Shown here: piece after piece, positions 50,564 through 57,494 of the stretch
Position numbering within the stretch: the stretch's first letter is position 1
Layout: each line of letters opens with the position of its first letter
NCBI GenBank assembly: GCA_043812655.1
Contig: JBDRLW010000025.1
Span: forward strand, 1 to 62,465
Source: a bacterium
GTDB lineage: Bacteria; Margulisbacteria; WOR-1; O2-12-FULL-45-9; XYB2-FULL-48-7
Length of the DNA: 62,465 nucleotides
Reading direction: 5' to 3'
Program-made: the position numbers and the translations under genes
The notes under the pieces: generated by a model
Database searches by the model: none
The model's input: the letters and a program-made list of their open reading frames with translations, nothing else
What the model was told of the DNA's origin: nothing

Positions 50564-52513
50564 ATGGCTAATATAAGCAATGTTTCGGGCTCACAGTCAG
50601 CTCTTTATAATTATCTTGAGTATTCTTATAATTTTAAAGATCCTGATGCCACGACTGGCGAACAATTCGCCAGGGCCGCCGCCCTGCCCGCCAACATCAT
50701 TTTAACTGCCGGCATTATCGCCTCTTACGCCGCTTCAGCTATAAGCCTCTGCGGCTGCAGTGGGTGCGACGCCCCCCGGCCGGAAGAGCTTGACGCTGGC
50801 CATGCAAGAGACGCTAATGTTTCTTTAGATGCCGCCAGTCCAGTGGACGCTGGAAGAGCCGATTCAAGCATAAACCTTGATGCGGCAACAACTCCAGACT
50901 CTGCCGTTGATCTTGACGCCGCCGTTTCAAAAGACACTTATCTTCCTTTAGATGCCACTCCCCCCAGAGACGCACGAATAATTGATTCAAGCATAAACCT
51001 TGATGCGTCAACTGCTCCAGACTCTGCCGTTGATATTGATGCCGCAGTTAACCTTGATGCTAACGTTGCTAGCGATGCTAATATTTTTTTAGATGCGGCT
51101 ACAATCGATGCAAGCCCCTCACCTGACGCCGCCAATTTTTTGGACGCCTCCATACCTGATACCTTCATCCCGGACAGTAATATTCCTGATTCTTATATTC
51201 CAGATTCAGATATCCCGGACTCGTATATTCCAGACTCAAATGTAACACCAGATGCCGGCTGCCAAGAGGGAGAAACGATCACCACCTACTCCGGCCCGGC
51301 CGGCACCGCCAACGTCGGCGTCTGCAAGCCGGAAATAAAAGTCTGCCGCAATGGCATATTTGAAATTGAGCAACATGAGGTTTTGCCGCAAGACCCAGGC
51401 ATTTGTAATGATACCGATTACAATTGTGACGGCAGAATAACCAACGCAAAGATCGGAACAGACCAACGATTAACCTTTACAAGCCGCAGTTCAATGTACC
51501 CATCCATTACCTGGACAGGGGAAGAATACGGGCTATTGTGGACCGAAAACCAGATCTTCTTTACACGATTAAATAAGGAAGGAGAAAGATTGACCAACGA
51601 TATTGAAATAACCAGCGGCTCTTCATGGCCTTTTACATTTAGGAATTCCTTGGCTTGGGATGGGAATAATTTTGGCCTCTGCTGGACCAACTGGTATGTA
51701 ACCAGCTCGGGAACATTGCCCGTTGAACATTATGAAGCCAATTTTTCAATTGTCGATCCTAATGGAAATAAAACCATCGCTGACATTAAAATAGGGAACG
51801 TCGACAAATCGATCGAGCCGACAATTATTTTTGCTAACAACTACTACGCGGCAGCCTGGACTGACAATTGGGAAGGGCAATATAACATATATTTCAACCT
51901 ATTGGATACTTCCGGCAATAAATTACTGACTGATTCAAGGGCCTCAACGACCGGGGGGATGTTCGAGCTCCCTTCCATTACCTGGAACGGAGGGGGCTAC
52001 GGCCTTAGCTGGTGGAATAATTATAACAGCGTAAATTCAATTTACTTTGCCGCTTATGACGCCGCCGGCAATAAGATCGGGACCGAAAAAAAAATATCAG
52101 AAGACGCGGCTTGGTCGGCGATCTCCGCTTTAAGCTGGAATAATTCCTATTATGGCTTGGCCTGGGACGGCAATAACGGAAAAATATCGTTTAATTTAAT
52201 TGATCCTAATGGGAACACATTAATTGAAACAACAACAATTGATGCTAATGGTTCTTTCCCTGCCATTGCGGCGCATGGGCCAGACTTCTCCATCTTATGG
52301 TCACGTTTAGAAAGCGCCGGGAATAGGGAGATCTATTACAATCGCCTCGATGTTCTAGGGGGTAAAACCCAGCCCGACTTAAGATTAACAGCTGCCTCCG
52401 GCCTTTCAAGCCTATCCGCCTTTGCCTGGAACGGCACAGACTTTGGCGCGGTTTGGGAAGATAATCGGGACGGCAATACGGAGCTCTACTTCGCCCGCGT
52501 CGGCTGCGAGTGA
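50564..52513 (+). CDS. Lipoprotein-like protein with acidic DA/IPDS low-complexity stalk, Cys-rich module and C-terminal beta-propeller-like repeats
   Basis: Start taken as ATG 50564, downstream of the promoter motif. SLCGCSGC after a hydrophobic stretch. LDAA/IPDS repeats. CQEGE..YSGPAGTANVGVC..C and CNDTDYNCDG. Repeated PS(I/L)xWxGxxYGxxW blades. Confidence 0.75.
   Translation: MANISNVSGSQSALYNYLEYSYNFKDPDATTGEQFARAAALPANIILTAGIIASYAASAISLCGCSGCDAPRPEELDAGHARDANVSLDAASPVDAGRADSSINLDAATTPDSAVDLDAAVSKDTYLPLDATPPRDARIIDSSINLDASTAPDSAVDIDAAVNLDANVASDANIFLDAATIDASPSPDAANFLDASIPDTFIPDSNIPDSYIPDSDIPDSYIPDSNVTPDAGCQEGETITTYSGPAGTANVGVCKPEIKVCRNGIFEIEQHEVLPQDPGICNDTDYNCDGRITNAKIGTDQRLTFTSRSSMYPSITWTGEEYGLLWTENQIFFTRLNKEGERLTNDIEITSGSSWPFTFRNSLAWDGNNFGLCWTNWYVTSSGTLPVEHYEANFSIVDPNGNKTIADIKIGNVDKSIEPTIIFANNYYAAAWTDNWEGQYNIYFNLLDTSGNKLLTDSRASTTGGMFELPSITWNGGGYGLSWWNNYNSVNSIYFAAYDAAGNKIGTEKKISEDAAWSAISALSWNNSYYGLAWDGNNGKISFNLIDPNGNTLIETTTIDANGSFPAIAAHGPDFSILWSRLESAGNREIYYNRLDVLGGKTQPDLRLTAASGLSSLSAFAWNGTDFGAVWEDNRDGNTELYFARVGCE
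50861..51240 (+). repeat. Intragenic direct repeats (123-bp period duplication and 15-bp IPDS tandem)
   Basis: GATTCAAGCATAAACCTTGATGCG at 50861 and 50984. IPD(T/S)x units repeat about 6 times at ~51152-51241. Confidence 0.8.
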
Positions 52514-52580
52514 GGGGAGCGGGAAAGGCATCGGCGCAGGATTAGGAAAAGATGCCTATGCCTCTCCCCAACCCCCACCT
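52514..52580 (-). repeat. Inverted second copy of the 50436-50506 hairpin element
   Basis: GGGGAGCGGGAAAGGCATCGGCGCAGGATTAGGAAAAGATGCCTATGCCT closely resembles the reverse complement of 50458-50506 (GGGGAGGAAAAAGGCATAGGCGCAGGCATAGGAAAAGGTACCTATGCCT). Confidence 0.7.
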
Positions 52581-52597
52581 GCACCTTAACTTTCTTT

Positions 52598-52626
52598 TTG
52601 AGTTTTTAATTGTTTTATGGTATATT
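52598..52626 (+). promoter_or_regulatory. Sigma-70-like promoter for the TA operon
   Basis: TTGAGT, 17 bp, TATATT, with an extended -10 TG at 52618-52619. Confidence 0.5.
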
Positions 52627-52643
52627 TTTATCGAGGTGAAATT

Positions 52644-52913
52644 ATGACTAAAAAAGTAATTGAAAAAGATAATGTCCTTTTTGTCCCAATTTCTAAGACG
52701 ATGGGAAAACGGATCGGCTTTACCGCTGGTAGCCAGGTCAAAGTAACCGAAGAAGGTTATCGCATCATTATCACCCCCGAACACGTTAAAGATGAAGAAG
52801 AATTCACGGAAGAAGAACTGGCTAAAATTGAAACCTTAGGCAAGAAAAATGGAGGGAAAACCTTCGATACCTGGGAAAAAGCGGAAAAATACCTTAAAGG
52901 TTTGATGCGTTGA
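52644..52913 (+). CDS. AbrB/MazE-type antitoxin
   Basis: GAGGTG SD before ATG 52644. NVLFVPISKTMGKRIGFTAGSQVKVTEEGYRIIITP fits the AbrB swapped hairpin. Acidic C-terminus. Overlaps the toxin start. Confidence 0.75.
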   Translation: MTKKVIEKDNVLFVPISKTMGKRIGFTAGSQVKVTEEGYRIIITPEHVKDEEEFTEEELAKIETLGKKNGGKTFDTWEKAEKYLKGLMR

Positions 52914-53185
52914 AATATTATTTTAAACCTTCTTTTTCTCGTCATTTTAAAAAATTATCTACCAACAAGCAAACCGAAGTTTTAACCGCCATCGAAGCGC
53001 TTAAGACCGTTTTACCATCTGGCTTGCCGTTGGGAGGATTAGGCCTGAAACAATTAAACAAAAATCTCTGGGAAATCAGGTCAACGCTAAAAGACCGGAT
53101 TATTTTTACTTATGCCGGAGACACCGTTACGTTTATTAACGTCGGCAACCATGATGACATAAGAAAATACTTGAAAACCCTTTGA
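52910..53185 (+). CDS. RelE/ParE-superfamily toxin
   Basis: 91-aa basic protein with F.RHFKKL, LKQL..NLWEIR...KDRIIF and INVGNHDDI. Confidence 0.78.
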   Translation: MKYYFKPSFSRHFKKLSTNKQTEVLTAIEALKTVLPSGLPLGGLGLKQLNKNLWEIRSTLKDRIIFTYAGDTVTFINVGNHDDIRKYLKTL

Positions 53186-53246
53186 GCCGCCCGCGCCTTC
53201 TCCTTTCCCCAATACTCTCCCCAAAATATGCGAGTAATAGAAAAAC

Positions 53247-53274
53247 TGAAATTTTCTACTAAAAAGTCCGATAA
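53247..53274 (+). promoter_or_regulatory. Sigma-28-like promoter motif copy 10
   Basis: TGAAAT 53247-53252 and TCCGATAA 53267-53274. The ATG follows after 6 nt. Confidence 0.78.
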
Positions 53275-53280
53275 TATAGT

Positions 53281-54795
53281 ATGGAAATCAACGGCGCCAG
53301 TTCAAGTTATTATAAGTGGGACTTTGCTCAAGCGGCACAAACTATTATTGGCGGCTTACTTAGTCCAGCCGGCTGCATGCCCACTCCGACCGATGAAAGC
53401 TGTCCCATTGAAAACAATACCCCCGTCTATGAGCAGGTTATCGGCCCCTCCCCCGCCAACATTAATTTGACCAGCGGCAGTTTTGTCCGTTGGGAGATCG
53501 ACGGCCTGGCCGATTATAACGGCAATCTCGACTTAGAGGTCGGACCGATCGACTTTCACGACCCAGAAGGGGAAACCAAGGCCCAATTGAAAAATTCTAT
53601 TCGCTCTTTCAAGACAAAGACCGTCTTTATTTCCCATAGATATTCTTCCGCTCCAACCGAAAAACCGGTTGTAATTATTAAAGGTGAATGCGCCAAAGCA
53701 CAGATCACCTTACCGCTCCCTCATTTTATGGACGCTGGAATCATTTATTATCCCGACGCGGGGAATAATTTAGACGCGGCAAGCCAGCCTGACGTCAGGC
53801 AGTTTGACGGCGGCACTATCATAATCAACGATGCTGGAATTCCCGACGCCGCCATCCCGATTGACGCTAATATCGCTTTTGACGCCGCTGATGCTGGAAT
53901 TCCTGACTCTTCCATTGCCGACACCCGGCAACCTGATGCCTGGCAGCCTGATGCTGCTGATGCTGGAATTCCCGACGCTGCCATTGCCGACGCCTGGCAA
54001 CCTGATGCCTGGCAGCCTGATGCCGCTGATGCTGGAATTCCTGACTCTGCCATCCCGATTGACGCTAATATCGCCTTTGACGCGGCGCCGCCTGTTGATC
54101 CCAACGCGTTAATAACCTGGGAGCCGCTTTTAGTCCATAATATGGACGAAGATCTTTCCGCTTATTGGGAATCATCCCAATGGTTAAATGGGCTTCCCGC
54201 CTATTGGTATTGGCGGCCGATGAACGTCTCTTTTTATAACGGGATCATGACGTTAAAACTGGATGATTACAGCTGTCCAAACAGCTGCGGCGGGATGTAC
54301 CTCGCTTCCGGCGAATACCGGACCAAAGACGAGGTTTACGGATACGGCTATTATGAAGCCAGGATGAAGCCGGCCCGCGGAAACGGCCTAATGGCCGGCT
54401 CGCTTTTTATTTATCGCGGGCAGGCTGGTTTGGAATCGCACGACGAGATCGATATTGAATTTTTAGGCAACGATTGTTATTCTTTCCAATCCAATTATTT
54501 TGTCGAAGGTTATGGCGGCCATGAAATGATCCATCAACTCCATTACAACGCTTGCGAAGAGTTCCATAATTATGGCTTCCATTGGTCGCCAAACTCGATC
54601 GCCTGGTACGTTGACGGCGTGGAGGTCCGCCGGGCTGATGAACGCCCTGAAACGCCAGGCCATGACCTCCCCTACCGGCCGGGAAAAATCATGATGAATA
54701 TTTGGCCAAGTTATACTGCCTGGGCCGGCGGCCCTTTTGAGTATGCCCCGCCGCCAAAAACCGCCAAATACGATTGGGTCAAGTTTGCCCAATAA
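53281..54795 (+). CDS. Lipoprotein-like GH16 beta-1,3-1,4-glucanase (lichenase-type) with DAG-repeat stalk
   Basis: SGEYRT..YGYGYYEARMKPA, HDEIDIEFLGND (GH16 ExDxE), FHNYGFHW...IAWYVDG and PGKIMMNIW. LSPAGC (Cys32). DAGIPDAA repeats. Confidence 0.85.
   Translation: MEINGASSSYYKWDFAQAAQTIIGGLLSPAGCMPTPTDESCPIENNTPVYEQVIGPSPANINLTSGSFVRWEIDGLADYNGNLDLEVGPIDFHDPEGETKAQLKNSIRSFKTKTVFISHRYSSAPTEKPVVIIKGECAKAQITLPLPHFMDAGIIYYPDAGNNLDAASQPDVRQFDGGTIIINDAGIPDAAIPIDANIAFDAADAGIPDSSIADTRQPDAWQPDAADAGIPDAAIADAWQPDAWQPDAADAGIPDSAIPIDANIAFDAAPPVDPNALITWEPLLVHNMDEDLSAYWESSQWLNGLPAYWYWRPMNVSFYNGIMTLKLDDYSCPNSCGGMYLASGEYRTKDEVYGYGYYEARMKPARGNGLMAGSLFIYRGQAGLESHDEIDIEFLGNDCYSFQSNYFVEGYGGHEMIHQLHYNACEEFHNYGFHWSPNSIAWYVDGVEVRRADERPETPGHDLPYRPGKIMMNIWPSYTAWAGGPFEYAPPPKTAKYDWVKFAQ
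53830..54087 (+). repeat. Intragenic A-B-B'-A' tandem repeat (60/69/69/60 bp) encoding DAGIPD.. units
   Basis: Units begin GATGCTGGAATTCC at 53830, 53890, 53959 and 54028. Confidence 0.88.
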
Positions 54796-54807
54796 TATAA
54801 AATAGGG

Positions 54808-54835
54808 TGAAATTTTTTACTCCCCTTGCCGATAA
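54808..54835 (+). promoter_or_regulatory. Sigma-28-like promoter motif copy 11
   Basis: TGAAAT 54808-54813 and GCCGATAA 54828-54835, identical to the FliA -10 consensus. Confidence 0.82.
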
Positions 54836-54883
54836 GAATATAGAACATGCCTGTTATCCTGGACCATTAAAGGAGAAAAAGTA

Positions 54884-57457
54884 ATGGATTTAAGCGCCGT
54901 TTCATTGTTTAGATATATAACGCCAGGGGAGCCTTCAACCCAGCCTGCAACTAGACCAGCATCAACCCCAGCTCACCCAACCGAAGAGGAACAAGCCGCA
55001 GAGCAAACAAAAGAATTGAGAAGAATGTTCAAAGAGAGGGACGAATTTGCCCGGGCCCAGCTTGAGCGGCTGGATAAAACTGTTTGCGTTAAAAGTTGTT
55101 TAGAAGAAAATCCCTCCCTGCAAGATCGGATCAAAGAATTAAACGGGCTAAGGGCCTACAACAGTTTTCCAGACAACCTTGAATACGACCGGGAATTTTT
55201 CTTAACCCAAGTCCTTGGCCGGGCTGAATTCGTTAATGAATATCTTCTTGACCGGTTCGCCATCCTCTCCACAAAAGACACCCCCGGCTACAAAGACAAA
55301 GTTATGGACAAGCGGGCGGCGGTTTTTGGCTTGGTCAGGATCCCCTTTACCTCCCGCTGGATCAGCGTTAAAGGCTTGCCGCTCATCGACCCGTCGGTTA
55401 ACAGCTCAAAGAACGCGGCCTATAACGAAATGATGCTCCGCTATTCCAGCTACTTTTTCTTTAAAGAATTAGCAGACAGCGATTTAACCCCCTATGCCGG
55501 CCAGTCAAGAGAAATACTCAAGCTGATCAAGGACATTCCAACCAACCCCTATGATTATTCCGATGAACCGCAAGATCAGGACTTCACGATACAAAAAGAA
55601 GAAAGAGAAGAAGAAAACCCGGAAATTGTGCCCGCCCTGCCAGAGCTTTTTCAAGCTCCGGATCCAGAAGCGGAAGATATTACCACTGCTGTAATAGGTG
55701 ACGGTGTGGCGATCGAATTAGATAAAAGCAAAAAGGCAAAGACAGCTTATCAATACCCCAGGCTAAAAAACACTAAGATCAAGACAAAGCTTGGAGTTAA
55801 CAGATGTTATGTCTTAACTTCGGAGCCCCCAACAAGTGGACAAACATCATATGATAAAGGTCAATTTAAGATCTTATTCCGTAACTCTCGATCGGACGAT
55901 GGTTTCGCGCCAACCATCAATACAATTCAAAAAACAAAAAAACTACTGAACAGCGTCGAATTTTGCGTTAACACCAGGGACCTAAATAAAATCCACGCTG
56001 GAGTCTATGAATATTATATTCAAAGGCCGGATGAGTCAAACCCCAACGCCAACCACGTTGGCCGGGTAGTCGTTACTCACCCGCGGGAGATCAGGTATTC
56101 AAAAAAACAACCCTGGGGCAAAACACTTGAGAACAAATTAGTACCGTTCTTACAAAAAAACAAAGGGCTTCATATTATCTTAAGAAATGCCAGGCAGGAA
56201 AACCTCTATGAGCTCTGGTCAAGCGGGACAAAAGTCTACGCTTTTGAGATCGAAACAAATAGAAGCAAAGAGAAGAGAAAAGCTATTAGTGACCGCAACA
56301 TCAATTTAAATAAGATACTTATTGAAGTTTTAGGGGCAGAAAAAAATTACGCAACAGATAAAGAGCGCTCCGACGAGCTGCTTATAATCATCGGTAAGGT
56401 GGATAATACATACGCTTTTATTAAAAAGGCGCCAGGAGAAGTCCCAAGCGCCGCTTCCACTCAAGCAACTCCAGCCGCACAAGGAACCAATGTCATTAAA
56501 GCAGACGCGGTGGATATTGATATAAGTGGAGCACCGGACGCTGACGCTGCTCCAGCTTCCGTAATCAGATCAGCTGATATATTTGAGGACAAAGAATATC
56601 CTGGTTTTAGCGGCGGTGATGACCCGAATAAAGCATTTGTTGTGGGAACAACTGGAGAATTAGAGATCAGGGTTAATCGGGCTGGAAACAATATCTTATC
56701 TTTTGATGAAAATGACTTGGCAATTTTTGGCACCATGTCAAAAGATGGAAGAAATAATAAAGAAACAACCCCTATATTATCTATTGCCAGAGCAGAAAAA
56801 CGCGATGATATTACCGTGATTATTATTAAAGTTGATGCAACAATGATGAAACAAGCATTAACGAGAAACAACGGTTTCAATATTATTAAAAAAGGTGATA
56901 AGAACGAAAATCACGGTTTTGCTGGACATATTAATATTTCCTACGGACGTGATGACCAGAAGATGACAAAAGATAATAGAAAGAACCCTACCAATGGCGT
57001 TTATATAGGCTTATGGCCAAGCACCACAAACAATATTGAAAGTTATTTACTTAATAATAATAACACGCCAGTTTATCTAAGGGCCGAGGATGGCACCTAC
57101 TACAAACTTTGGGCCGGAGATCGCCAATTATACCGGCAAAAGTATGACACCGCTGGAAATGAAGCATCTTCTGATAAAACGGTCTTAAACGACATAATAT
57201 CTGCAGTATTTGGAAAACCAAATTCAACTATTGGCCAAAAGATAGCTGATGGCTTGGCTGATAAAAACTCTATTTATTTTAGGCCTCCTACACCTGCTGT
57301 TCTCCCTACACCCGAAGATACACTTTTACCTGAAGGGGATGATGCACCTCCTACGGATACACCACCAACCCCACCGCCTCCTCCTGCACCTGCGCCTGAT
57401 GCCGCAATTGGTCAGCCGGATGCTCGTTCACCCGAAGATGTGGCCGACGATATTTAA
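54884..57457 (+). CDS. Large hypothetical protein with Pro-rich C-terminus
   Basis: 857-aa ORF with AAGGAG SD. C-terminal PPTDTPPTPPPPPAPAPDAA. Confidence 0.7.
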   Translation: MDLSAVSLFRYITPGEPSTQPATRPASTPAHPTEEEQAAEQTKELRRMFKERDEFARAQLERLDKTVCVKSCLEENPSLQDRIKELNGLRAYNSFPDNLEYDREFFLTQVLGRAEFVNEYLLDRFAILSTKDTPGYKDKVMDKRAAVFGLVRIPFTSRWISVKGLPLIDPSVNSSKNAAYNEMMLRYSSYFFFKELADSDLTPYAGQSREILKLIKDIPTNPYDYSDEPQDQDFTIQKEEREEENPEIVPALPELFQAPDPEAEDITTAVIGDGVAIELDKSKKAKTAYQYPRLKNTKIKTKLGVNRCYVLTSEPPTSGQTSYDKGQFKILFRNSRSDDGFAPTINTIQKTKKLLNSVEFCVNTRDLNKIHAGVYEYYIQRPDESNPNANHVGRVVVTHPREIRYSKKQPWGKTLENKLVPFLQKNKGLHIILRNARQENLYELWSSGTKVYAFEIETNRSKEKRKAISDRNINLNKILIEVLGAEKNYATDKERSDELLIIIGKVDNTYAFIKKAPGEVPSAASTQATPAAQGTNVIKADAVDIDISGAPDADAAPASVIRSADIFEDKEYPGFSGGDDPNKAFVVGTTGELEIRVNRAGNNILSFDENDLAIFGTMSKDGRNNKETTPILSIARAEKRDDITVIIIKVDATMMKQALTRNNGFNIIKKGDKNENHGFAGHINISYGRDDQKMTKDNRKNPTNGVYIGLWPSTTNNIESYLLNNNNTPVYLRAEDGTYYKLWAGDRQLYRQKYDTAGNEASSDKTVLNDIISAVFGKPNSTIGQKIADGLADKNSIYFRPPTPAVLPTPEDTLLPEGDDAPPTDTPPTPPPPPAPAPDAAIGQPDARSPEDVADDI

Positions 57458-57458
57458 C

Positions 57459-57486
57459 TGAAATTTCTCCTGATTTTTGACGATAA
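57459..57486 (+). promoter_or_regulatory. Sigma-28-like promoter motif copy 12
   Basis: TGAAAT 57459-57464 and GACGATAA 57479-57486. ATG at 57495 has no SD. Confidence 0.78.
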
Positions 57487-57494
57487 TATAATAT

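Noticed and set aside
52637..52662. TGAAAT upstream of the antitoxin as a 13th motif copy
   Set aside because: No CGAT follows 16 bp downstream, and the hexamer overlaps the SD (GAGGTGAAAT).
4475..57486. Recurrent TGAAAT...CGATATATAT motif read as a CRISPR repeat, attC site or MITE
   Set aside because: Only two short boxes are conserved around a variable 16-bp spacer. It is not palindromic, the copies are kilobases apart, and no cas or integrase gene is present. The geometry fits a promoter.
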